Shown here: positions 10,771 to 19,583 of the stretch, one piece after another
How the letters are laid out: every line of letters starts with the position of its first letter
How positions within the stretch are numbered: the stretch's first letter is position 1
Origin: a virus
Lineage: Duplodnaviria; Caudoviricetes
Length of the DNA: 64,000 nucleotides
Virus record (IMG/VR): IMGVR_UViG_3300046167_000801
Reading direction: 5' to 3' (one strand)
Program-made: the position numbers and the translations under genes
Notes under the pieces: generated by a model
Databases searched by the model: none
What the model saw: the letters and a program-made list of their open reading frames with translations, nothing else
Told to the model about the DNA's origin: nothing

Positions 10771-10986
10771 TTATAAATAAAACTTATTCCATTGAGTATG
10801 AGCTTCATTCTCATATCTCCTTTCCTTGTCTACATTAACAAGAGTCTCTGTCTTCCTACATGTAGGACAAGCTTCAACTTCTTGTAGTTGTTTATCTTGA
10901 GGGTTGTGCCGATTACTTTCCAAGATGGTGATCACCTCCTCCGAAGTTCCTTCCCACATACAATTATAACATTCGTACTTATCCAT
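10771..10986 (-). CDS. small zinc-ribbon protein
   Basis: CYNC ... CPTC pairs. Confidence 0.55.
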   Translation of the reverse strand: MDKYECYNCMWEGTSEEVITILESNRHNPQDKQLQEVEACPTCRKTETLVNVDKERRYENEAHTQWNKFYL

Positions 10987-10988
10987 AA

Positions 10989-11261
10989 TTAAAATGTTAC
11001 TTTAGTTGATACCTCATTAACAATAGAATAGGATGACTTATTGATAGTCTCTTTTATTCTATTAGTAAATTCTTCTTTCGTTTCTTCCTCGTGAAGTTTG
11101 TCAATAGGTAAGGTGATACCTAAGTTGGATACTGCAAATGAAGTCCCACTCGAAGAGTGTCCTCCATACAATGAATACCTAATTGAACCTTCTGTTAACC
11201 TACAAACTAATGTTTTAGGGTTTCCGTAGACATCTTTAAGATGTAAATGTGATAATTTCAT
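10989..11261 (-). CDS. hypothetical protein
   Basis: 90-aa ORF downstream of promoter. Confidence 0.55.
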   Translation of the reverse strand: MKLSHLHLKDVYGNPKTLVCRLTEGSIRYSLYGGHSSSGTSFAVSNLGITLPIDKLHEEETKEEFTNRIKETINKSSYSIVNEVSTKVTF

Positions 11262-11435
11262 GATTACTTGTTTTATGATTACATTGTAAAGATACGAAAA
11301 TTATTGTATAAAACAAATACTTTTATACAAAAAACTAAATAAATTCCCGATTCTGGGTATCCCAGGAATGATTTTATTTGGCAGAGAGTGCCGATTAAAA
11401 TGTGAGATGGACGGTGAACCTTCGGGTGTAGACAT

Positions 11436-11463
11436 AAAAAAACCCCTTACATTGTAGGGGGTT
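11436..11463. terminator. intrinsic terminator (near-copy at 15812-15840)
   Basis: AAAAAAACCCCT(T)ACA(T/A)TGTAGGGGGT hairpin. Confidence 0.7.
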
Positions 11464-11488
11464 AGTTAAATTAAAAATAAAAGTTCTA

Positions 11489-11734
11489 CTATTCGTGTAT
11501 CTTATCTATTACACTTCTAAACTCATTCAACCTATCATTGTATTCCCAATAACATGTTCTTGGAAATTCAATTTTGTATTTCTTCTCGAACTTTGGTATG
11601 GTGGGATGTTTATAGTTACCTGAAAATATATGAGCGAATACTTCCACCATTTCGTCAGTCCATAATATTGTTTTTTTTTCCGTATTGAAAGTTGACACAT
11701 CCGGCGCCAATACCTTCTGATTATTTTTTATCAT
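11489..11734 (-). CDS. hypothetical protein, mosaic (N-terminus like 15860..16324, remainder paralogous to 11997..12314)
   Basis: VL.P.VSTFNT shared with 15860 ORF; WTDEMVEVF and FEKKYK shared with 11997 ORF. Confidence 0.6.
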   Translation of the reverse strand: MIKNNQKVLAPDVSTFNTEKKTILWTDEMVEVFAHIFSGNYKHPTIPKFEKKYKIEFPRTCYWEYNDRLNEFRSVIDKIHE

Positions 11735-11996
11735 ACTCTAAAGATAAAACAATTATATTATTATACCAAATAAACCTTTGCCAAATAAAATACGGATACG
11801 TCTTCAGGATCACCAACAGTTCATCCTGATCTGAACCGTGGCCCGGGTAACATTCTATTTGGCGTTGTAATATACATGCCAACTAAAATCGGGGCGACAA
11901 GGTTGTCGACTTCACCTTCACATATAAAAAAACCCCCACTAACTAAAGTGAGGGTATTTGTTAATTTACCAAATTAACAACCAAACAAAACACAAA

Positions 11997-12314
11997 TTAT
12001 ACTTCTACCATATTACTAAAATCTCTACGTATATCTATGGGAACTTCAAAAGTTCTATCATCCTTTTTCCATATCTCAACTTCCCCACAATATTTTTCTT
12101 CTAAGAATTCTAAACCTAAGGAATTTCTTTCTCTATACATCTTACGTATTACATACTTAAAGTTCCCCATTTTTTCGTTCATCTTCTTACCCACAAAGTC
12201 GTCATAGTTAAATTTAACTTTGTATTTCTTTTCAAACTCTCGTACACATCCTGCACTAAAGTTACTTGAATATACTTGAGTGAATACTTCCACCATTTCA
12301 TCAGTCCATTCCAT
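11997..12314 (-). CDS. hypothetical protein
   Basis: MEWTDEMVEVF paralog. Confidence 0.6.
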   Translation of the reverse strand: MEWTDEMVEVFTQVYSSNFSAGCVREFEKKYKVKFNYDDFVGKKMNEKMGNFKYVIRKMYRERNSLGLEFLEEKYCGEVEIWKKDDRTFEVPIDIRRDFSNMVEV

Positions 12315-12316
12315 AA

Positions 12317-12550
12317 TTAATCAGTTACATAAATTACATCCGACGTTTTTTCATCTTGGTAGTACATCGACCCACCATCGTTACCCTCATCATCTGACTG
12401 AGGAATCAAGATTGTCCCATCAGTAAATTTTATTACTACGGGTCTCTTATACCACATAAGGTTTTCCATATCCTTATCTCCCAACCAAGTTACTTCCTTG
12501 ATTGTTTTACCTTTAAGGTACTTGTTGAATTGTTTTAAATGTTTATCCAT
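12317..12550 (-). CDS. hypothetical protein
   Basis: LKGKTIKEV...DDEGNDGG phage-type small protein. Confidence 0.6.
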   Translation of the reverse strand: MDKHLKQFNKYLKGKTIKEVTWLGDKDMENLMWYKRPVVIKFTDGTILIPQSDDEGNDGGSMYYQDEKTSDVIYVTD

Positions 12551-12555
12551 GACTT

Positions 12556-12798
12556 TTAGTTTATATCATTAGTGTTACACAATATTACATTTCCGACGAT
12601 TGGGTGTCCACACATACCCGTAGCTTCGTGATTTAAAGGTAGTCTATGTATTAGACCTTCTTCATTCACGATTAAAACTCTACCTTCGTTTATGTGAACT
12701 AACTCTATAAGTCCACCGACTAACTCTTGTTTTCTTTTAAGAGTGTCAATGTTTACGTTTACTTCTCGTGTTCCATCCGTTTTTAATAATGTTGCCAT
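12556..12798 (-). CDS. DUF3846 family protein
   Basis: QELVGGLIELV...LIVNEEG..LPLN.EAT....IVGNVIL. Confidence 0.75.
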   Translation of the reverse strand: MATLLKTDGTREVNVNIDTLKRKQELVGGLIELVHINEGRVLIVNEEGLIHRLPLNHEATGMCGHPIVGNVILCNTNDIN

Positions 12799-13260
12799 CT
12801 GACTAATGATTTATGATTACTATACAAAGATATAAAAATTATCTTATTATACAAATTTATTTACTTTCTTTTCTGCCATTTAAAATTTGGGATCTCTTCA
12901 GGATCTCCTCTTTGAATTCTTCTACCATACATTCTTCATCTATAACAATCCTATCTTCCTCATCAAAGAAATAGTAGATTGGAATTGTGATGGGTTTGTA
13001 TTCCGTTTGTTTATTAGTTGTTTCTTCCATAATACAAATATAACAATATAATGTGTATCAACCAAACATTAATAGGTTTTTCTTTCTCCCCCGACGTCTG
13101 TGTGGCCCGGGTAACATTCTATTCGGCATTGTAATACACATGCCAATTAAAATTGCCCAGTTTGTGCTGTCCAAATCCCAATATATTTTATTGTTTTGTC
13201 AACCTCATCGCATAAAAAAACCCCTACTAAAAGTAGAGGTTATTTGTGTGGTGTATTACA

Positions 13261-13485
13261 TTATCTATAAAGAGTCACATAATCTCCGAATTCACTATCG
13301 AAATAATTAACTAAGTTGTCATAGTCTCCCGATGTCATACGTTTGATGTTACTTTCAACATCTTCTTTAGTGTGTCCTAATTGTTTCCACAATTTCTTAG
13401 CTGTGCCGATTAAATAAAACGCATTTCCCTGTGGTCCCGTTAAATCGATTACGATTCCGTTTTGTTTTGGTTTATCTACTATCAT
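13261..13485 (-). CDS. conserved phage hypothetical protein
   Basis: IDLTGPQGNAFYLIG...MTSGDYDNL motif. Confidence 0.65.
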   Translation of the reverse strand: MIVDKPKQNGIVIDLTGPQGNAFYLIGTAKKLWKQLGHTKEDVESNIKRMTSGDYDNLVNYFDSEFGDYVTLYR

Positions 13486-13799
13486 TATCTTTTATTTAAA
13501 TTATCTAATTTAATCCAACCTTCCTTTATTCCTTTTCTACATTCCGCTACACCGAATCCTAAGAATTCATTTCTGTATTTACTTGTAGTCCTTGAATAAT
13601 CCCAATAGTTCTCATCAAAAACATATTGAGGTCTTTTAACACCTTGGATGTCATATCTCTTGTCTGTCTTGTAACAAATCTTTGTACCATACGAAACGAA
13701 CATCGATCCGTTATCATCTGATAAAATTTGTTGATTTGCGAGAGGGTTTCCACCTCTTGATTGCATCGGCTCTAACGATACGAATTTCATTATTCTCAT
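13485..13799 (-). CDS. conserved phage hypothetical protein
   Basis: FVSYGTKI...WDYSRTTSKYRNEFLG motif. Confidence 0.65.
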   Translation of the reverse strand: MRIMKFVSLEPMQSRGGNPLANQQILSDDNGSMFVSYGTKICYKTDKRYDIQGVKRPQYVFDENYWDYSRTTSKYRNEFLGFGVAECRKGIKEGWIKLDNLNKR

Positions 13800-13915
13800 G
13801 ATTACTGTTTTTATTGATTACTAATACTCAAATATAACACTTTTTTTATTATAACCAACATAAAAAGATAACTTTGTTTGCCGATTAAAATACGGGATGG
13901 GCCCTGAACCTTCCG

Positions 13916-14137
13916 TTACAAAATCTGTTCTTGAAGTTCCTTTACCAAATCTTTAACTTGGGATTGTGTAAGTTGTACGTGTGCGAACATACGATTATGG
14001 TCTACATCGGGGTCGATATTCATTTGAACCATAATACCATTCTCCCCACCACTAAAACGAGTTAATTTGATTTCACTTTCCTTATTACCAAATTCGGTTT
14101 CTTTCCGACACTTGATTGATTTCAATTCTGTTGACAT
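13916..14137 (-). CDS. hypothetical protein
   Basis: 73-aa ORF with own promoter. Confidence 0.55.
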   Translation of the reverse strand: MSTELKSIKCRKETEFGNKESEIKLTRFSGGENGIMVQMNIDPDVDHNRMFAHVQLTQSQVKDLVKELQEQIL

Positions 14138-14553
14138 AATTTCTATTGTTTAGATTATAAAGATATAACAAATAATTGGTTATACCAAATCTAAGATTGC
14201 CAAATAGAATTAATTTATACCATCCGGGTGTTTTTGCCAGGTAAACCAGTTTTGCCACAGCGCTGGACCAGCAGGTGATTTTAATTGGCGAGATCGATAG
14301 GCAAAAGAAAAGGGGTTACTTACCACGGTAACCCCCTTTTTACTTTCACATTTAAGTTGTAAACCAACCATATCTTGTTTAACAACATGACAAATATATT
14401 AAACAAACACGTATTCAACAAGTTAAAGATTGTTATTTTAATGTTAATAGAGGTGCCAATTAAAATTACCTCCAGTGCTGTGCAACTTCATTACACACCT
14501 GGCATAAAAAAAACCCCTACGTTAATAAGGGTTTTTGGTTAGTGTGTGAAAGT

Positions 14554-14835
14554 TCAAGGGGGTGAAGTCAAACTATATCTGTTTAAGTGGTAAAGTTCAA
14601 AATCGATAAACCCAAGTTTATCTACGATATACTGACCTACACAATTGGTTTCTTGTAATACATTTTCGTAGGACTTACCTAATGTACGTTTACAAAATTT
14701 CTTTAAGTTCCGAATTACAAATCGGTGGGGTACGTTTCCGTTATCCTTAATGGTTAATACCCATTTGTCGGATGTTTTAGTTAAATAACCTTTCATGATA
14801 TAAAGTTTTATGATTACCCTACTAATGTAATACAA
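14554..14835 (-). CDS. hypothetical protein (start probably MKGYL at ~14796)
   Basis: Short ORF between terminator and promoter. Confidence 0.5.
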   Translation of the reverse strand: MYYISRVIIKLYIMKGYLTKTSDKWVLTIKDNGNVPHRFVIRNLKKFCKRTLGKSYENVLQETNCVGQYIVDKLGFIDFELYHLNRYSLTSPP

Positions 14836-15070
14836 TATTTCGATATAACCAAATTAATATAATATTTATTTTGTTGAGTCGGAGTGACGGTGGTGATCAA
14901 GAAATTTTATTTGGCAATGTAAAACGAACTGAAGGTTCGTACGTCCTTGCGTTTCTATTTGGCAGATGCCAATTAAAATACGATTCACCATGTGTATTCT
15001 TCTTGGAAAAAAGTTAGACAAAAAAAAACCCCCACCATTTCTGATGAGGGTTTCTTCGACTAAAACAAAA

Positions 15071-15556
15071 TTAAACTACTTCATATCTAACTCCTTTGTA
15101 AGAAATCTTTTTGATGTTGTCCGTTCTCATTGTGAAAACTTGTACCTCTCTCTCGTTGTAGGTTGGTAAGAAAGGTTGGATAACTTGTTTTTCAATAGTT
15201 TCTCCGTTGTGAATGTACTCGTTACGGATTGACTGATTTTCAAAAGTTTCATACATAAAGTATGTGTTGTCGTTGTTTCGGTGTTTAACTACACAAGGAC
15301 TGATGTGTTCAAACCAATTTGGTTTACTCTCAAACTCTTGATTGTTAGTTTTTTTCTTCATACGATTTTCGTAATCGGGTAAACAACGAACATTTTTACT
15401 TGACTTTTTTACTACTGAATTGTAGTAGGGGTTGTTTGTCTTTTTCATTTTTACATTTGTAACACTCTCGATGTTTACAAATTCCCCTTTTTCGACTTGT
15501 TGTAAGATATTGACTAAAGTATCTTTGTCAATTCTTTGTGGTGTTTGATTTTTCAT
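15071..15556 (-). CDS. hypothetical protein
   Basis: 161-aa ORF with own promoter and terminator. Confidence 0.65.
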   Translation of the reverse strand: MKNQTPQRIDKDTLVNILQQVEKGEFVNIESVTNVKMKKTNNPYYNSVVKKSSKNVRCLPDYENRMKKKTNNQEFESKPNWFEHISPCVVKHRNNDNTYFMYETFENQSIRNEYIHNGETIEKQVIQPFLPTYNEREVQVFTMRTDNIKKISYKGVRYEVV

Positions 15557-15859
15557 ATCCGATGAAATTTAAATGATTAATAATACTCAAATATAATACT
15601 ATTACTATTATAAACCAAACATTTAGTAAAAAACTTTGAACTTTGTTTGCCGATTAAAATGTGGGATACGTCACACGGGACACGAACTTTTTTCTAATGT
15701 TCCAAATTTTTCATCAACTTTTTTTGGATACGGGTGATCCAGTTCCTATTCTAATTGGCGAGTGCCAAACAAAATGTTACATGGGCCCTGATGGAGGTTG
15801 AGTGTGGATATAAAAAAACCCCTACAATGTAGGGGGTGTTAAATTAAAAAAAATAAAGT

Positions 15860-16324
15860 TTACAAGTTCAGTGACTGAAGATGTTTTAGTCTCGCGTTGT
15901 ATTCATCCTCATCGTAATAATCTTCATCATCATCATCATCATCCTCGATCATCATTTCTAAACCACTAATTACTTCTTTACCCTTTTCATTGATTATGGT
16001 AAATCTATAAGATGGCCCATCCAAATCGGGGGAAGCATGATGAAAAGTAACTTGAATCAGATTATTCTCACACACTAAAGTGAAATAAGTTCTACAATCA
16101 TCATTAATAAAATCTTGTATAGAATTAATTTCTCCCATGATTTTATCACAAATAGAGTCCCAGTCTTTAGACCAATCTAATTCTGATGATTCTGTTCCCT
16201 CAAAATAGTCAATTTCCAAATCTTCAAAATCTCCTTGATTGAAACCAGCGTTAAACTCCGTTTTTGTTTTCGTATTGAAAGTTGACACACCGGGTGTCAA
16301 TACTCTCGGTTTATTGATATACAT
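15860..16324 (-). CDS. acidic hypothetical protein
   Basis: D/E-rich C-terminus; leader shared with 11489 ORF. Confidence 0.6.
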   Translation of the reverse strand: MYINKPRVLTPGVSTFNTKTKTEFNAGFNQGDFEDLEIDYFEGTESSELDWSKDWDSICDKIMGEINSIQDFINDDCRTYFTLVCENNLIQVTFHHASPDLDGPSYRFTIINEKGKEVISGLEMMIEDDDDDDEDYYDEDEYNARLKHLQSLNL

Positions 16325-16702
16325 ACCCTAAAGATAAAACAATTATATCATTATACCAAATAAACTTTTGCCAAATAGAATACCAAATCCTGAGATGGTA
16401 ACTTCGACTCTATACCTCAAGAGGAAGGTTATGTTACGACGTGCACCTTCAAACATTTTAATTGGCGAGATCTTGCCAAATAGAATAACCGAAGACTTTC
16501 CCGCGGGAGGAAGGGTTAGTGCATAAAAAAACCCTAACTAATTAAAGTGAGGGTTGTTGTTCTTGATTAGTGTTTCTTTATATATCCCAAATGATACCTA
16601 CTGAAAACCTAATTACAAAATAAGAGAAAGATAAAATAATGATTCCATATTGTAGACGTTCTCCATTTTTACTATCTAACCATTTAAAAAACTTTTCCAT
16701 AA

Positions 16703-16882
16703 TTAAAGTTTTATAAAGTTAGACCTTAACTTATTGATGTTCTTCATAATGAAACTATGAACTCCCATTACAATAACATAACTGACAACTGAAACGAAAC
16801 CGATTAAACAAGTTGCCCAAAAACCGAACAACAATGTCATTCCTACATCCATTCCACTAATAACGTTTAATAAATTTTCCAT
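16703..16882 (-). CDS. small membrane protein (59 aa, below ORF-track cutoff)
   Basis: Translated by hand: MENLLNVISGMDVGMTLLFGFWATCLIGFVSVVSYVIVMGVHSF..., promoter at 16926. Confidence 0.5.
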   Translation of the reverse strand: MENLLNVISGMDVGMTLLFGFWATCLIGFVSVVSYVIVMGVHSFIMKNINKLRSNFIKL

Positions 16883-17198
16883 GATACTTTTTTTTTGTTT
16901 TGTTTATTACTAATTGATTACATAACAAATATAATAATAATTCTATTATATACAATACTTTATTACAAGTTTGTTTGCCAATTAAATTAAGGGATTAAAC
17001 TGTGCAGTTACAGTGCACACATTCAGCAGTTTCTTTGAGCGCTAGATGAGCGCAACAGCAGGTGGATTTTAATTGGCGGGATCGTGCCAAATAGATTAAG
17101 GGAGGATGCATGTAAACTTCGGGGGGAATTATTACAAAACAAAAAACCCCACCTCAATTAAGAGATAGGGTTTATCCATTGTTATCAGTAATCAACAA

Positions 17199-18023
17199 CT
17201 AAACACGAATGAATATCTTCTTGTCGTTTCGACGTTTATAATTATAGATATCCTCAATCATTCTAACATAATCAGATTGATTACCACAAATCTTGAAATA
17301 GTGGGGAATGATTTCAGATTTCTTTATGAACTCATTTGTATTAAACTCATTCTCATACTTGTTTAACACACTTAACATACTACGTACAAAAATAGTACGT
17401 GAATATCCTTCGGGGAAAAACTTTTGTAGTGAAGTTATAAACTCTCCCCATTGTACCGCTTTACTATAACTACTTATCTTGAATTGACCATTGTTGAATT
17501 GGTCTTTACGAGTGTTAGTAAAAGTACCATTGGTTAAAAGGAACATACTATCAGTTAAACTAAAATGGGGGAATACCTCCATATATTGTTTCAACTTAAT
17601 ATAGTTACGATTACCTTTAGATACATAGAACTCCAAGAAATCTCTACGTGACCAAGAGGCTGAATTGGTATTAGACCTAATTACCTCTTTTTCTCCATAG
17701 TTGTTTACTTGAAGATAGTAAATACCTTTACCACTCATCTTACTCGCGTGGTATCGGTGTTGTCCGTCAATAATTTCCATTTTCTTATTGACTACGATAG
17801 GATTTACAAGAAGTCCCTCATTGGACATACTCTCATAAATTTTCTTAACTCGACTCATATTAACTGGTCGGTTGTTTTCCATTAACTTGAACATATCCAA
17901 GTTAGTTGTGTACTTGACAGTCATGTCACTTTTCGGTTTCATTGTTCTACTCGACATAATAAAGTTGTTCGGTATTATCTCCCCGTCCTCGGTTTTAGTT
18001 ATTGATTGAGTACAAACATACAA
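17199..18023 (-). CDS. ParB/Srx N-terminal-domain protein
   Basis: NRPVN...V..I..SM...GLL.NPIVVN...EIIDGQHR.HA motif. Confidence 0.75.
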   Translation of the reverse strand: MYVCTQSITKTEDGEIIPNNFIMSSRTMKPKSDMTVKYTTNLDMFKLMENNRPVNMSRVKKIYESMSNEGLLVNPIVVNKKMEIIDGQHRYHASKMSGKGIYYLQVNNYGEKEVIRSNTNSASWSRRDFLEFYVSKGNRNYIKLKQYMEVFPHFSLTDSMFLLTNGTFTNTRKDQFNNGQFKISSYSKAVQWGEFITSLQKFFPEGYSRTIFVRSMLSVLNKYENEFNTNEFIKKSEIIPHYFKICGNQSDYVRMIEDIYNYKRRNDKKIFIRV

Positions 18024-18205
18024 ATACTTTTTTTAATATCCAAATATAATTGTAAATACTTTTTATTATTCCGCCAAATAGATTTTAAAATGAAGAGATC
18101 CTCAAGTAGAAGTTATGATCAGGATCCTGAGGTGAATCAAACTTTAGTTGGCACCACACCCTATGATCACAGACGACGGTGGGACCTGTTGTATTTTATT
18201 TGGCA

Positions 18206-18360
18206 CCCTCCCCACTATATAGGGGTATGGGGGGACCCCCCTGCAGTACCCCCTCCGGTATCCCCCCTTTAAAAAGGGGTTTTTCGGTGTCTGTACAGGG
18301 GGCTCAATGCCCCGTCCCGGATTTTTCCGGAATTTTTTGGAAAATTCGGTTTTTTTTTCG
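18206..18360. other. GC-rich homopolymer/palindrome zone at strand switch
   Basis: GGGGGGACCCCCC, CCCCCC/GGGG runs, CCGGATTTTTCCGG, followed by long T and A tracts. Confidence 0.6.
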
Positions 18361-18379
18361 TATATTATAAAAAAAAATT

Positions 18380-19507
18380 ATGTATAAAAATACAAAAATT
18401 CATAGAATAGATCACGAAAAAATAATAGAACGTTATAAAGAACTTGGAAGTGCAAAAAAGACCGCGTTGGAATTCGGTTTATCAGGACCGACAGTTTTAA
18501 AAATTATTAGATTACATGGTGTTGAGGTTAACCGTGAATTTAAAAAATATAGTGATGAATATGTTATATCCAAATATTACGAATTTGGAACTGCGGAGAA
18601 AACGGGTATTGAGTTGGGAATGGGGGACCAAAGGCTACGTGACATATTGGACAGAAATAACATCAAGAGAAAAACAATAAAACACGTATCAGTCGGAGAT
18701 GTGTTCAATAAGTTAACTGTGATAGAATTTGTGGGTTATCGTGGTACGAAAAATAAACATAGGGTATTCTTATGTAAATGTGAGTGTGGGGGTACAAGAA
18801 AGGTTGACACTCGTAAATTAACTACTTCACAAAAACCCATAAAAGACTGTGGATGTGGGTGGAAATTAAAAAGAGAAAGGGCGGAGTTAAAACGTAAGGA
18901 AAAAGAACGAGCAAGACAACTACGGTTAGAAAAACGTATCGAACGTGAATTAAAAAATAAACTCAAACGTAAAAAATACGAATCCAATAAAAAATATAAA
19001 GTAGGGTCTAAACATAATAGATTAACCATTATATCTGTAGTTGGTAAAGGTGAAAATAAGGTTCTTACTGTGGAGTGTGAATGTGGGACAATTAAAGATA
19101 TTAAAAAACATTCAATTTATACCACAAAATCTTGTGGGTGTCTCCAAAAAGAAAGATCTACAACCCATGGTATGGTATCTAAAGATAGAAAGAAATATGA
19201 TAGGTGGAGATCAATGATTAGCAGATGTCATAATCCAAAATCTAAATCATATCATAACTATGGGGGTCGTGGAATATATGTGTGTGATAGATGGAGATTA
19301 CCAAATGGTGAGGGATGTAGAAACTATTTAAGGGACATTAAAAAACATTTAGGACCCAAACCCGAAGGTAATTATTCTTTAGATCGTATAGATAATGATG
19401 GTCCTTATGAGATTACTAACTTGAGGTGGGCAGATGCGTCAACTCAAACGAAAAACCAAAGAAGATTTGCAAAGGTTGATAAAGACCAATGTAAAATAGA
19501 TTTTTAG
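18380..19507 (+). CDS. HNH homing endonuclease with repeated N-terminal DNA-binding modules
   Basis: Two LT.I....CxCECG...SCGC modules; WRSMISRC.NP...Y..YGGRGI.VC.RW ... LDRIDNDG.Y...NLRWA. Confidence 0.85.
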   Translation: MYKNTKIHRIDHEKIIERYKELGSAKKTALEFGLSGPTVLKIIRLHGVEVNREFKKYSDEYVISKYYEFGTAEKTGIELGMGDQRLRDILDRNNIKRKTIKHVSVGDVFNKLTVIEFVGYRGTKNKHRVFLCKCECGGTRKVDTRKLTTSQKPIKDCGCGWKLKRERAELKRKEKERARQLRLEKRIERELKNKLKRKKYESNKKYKVGSKHNRLTIISVVGKGENKVLTVECECGTIKDIKKHSIYTTKSCGCLQKERSTTHGMVSKDRKKYDRWRSMISRCHNPKSKSYHNYGGRGIYVCDRWRLPNGEGCRNYLRDIKKHLGPKPEGNYSLDRIDNDGPYEITNLRWADASTQTKNQRRFAKVDKDQCKIDF

Positions 19508-19583
19508 GGGTAAAACCTTTATAGGGTAAAAGGGGGGTAAATCAGAAATAAAAATTTTGCCAATTTTTTTGAAAAATGGGAAA

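Larger units (their letters stand above)
6556..18048 (-). promoter_or_regulatory. set of Bacteroidota sigma-A-type promoters (TAnnTTTG -7 box, TTTG -33 box) heading each cassette
   Basis: Minus-strand TATATTTG/TATCTTTG at 6556, 8328, 8788, 10081 (with -33 TTTG at ~10108), 12825, 13035, 13829, 14391, 15588, 16926, 18041; many followed by a shared GTAATC leader. Confidence 0.75.
3685..18205. repeat. dispersed intergenic 13-bp motif TGCCRAWTARAAT, ~38 copies in both orientations
   Basis: Forward e.g. 3685, 4425, 4471, 4939, 6606, 8839, 8934, 10132, 10241, 11389, 11779, 11877, 12874, 13141, 13879, 14198, 14454, 14967, 15648, 15763, 16369, 16474, 16976, 17085, 18072; reverse e.g. 8919, 10226, 11371, 11852, 13116, 14278, 14904, 14952, 15748, 16455, 17066, 18140, 18193. 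Confidence 0.92.

Noticed and set aside
3685-18205. CRISPR array interpretation of the 13-bp repeats
   Set aside because: Repeats are too short, alternate in orientation, have no constant period, are interleaved with genes, and no cas genes are present in the window.
3685-18205. Classical integron (attC cassettes)
   Set aside because: No integrase or attI in the window, no consistent RYYYAAC/GTTRRRY cores, and the cassettes carry their own promoters and terminators.
8783-18370. ORFs spanning the repeat spacers (8783..8989, 8870..9103, 13053..13310, 14966..15169, 18006..18272, 18179..18370)
   Set aside because: They run through arms, terminators and promoters; probably by-products of GC-rich spacers with few stop codons.
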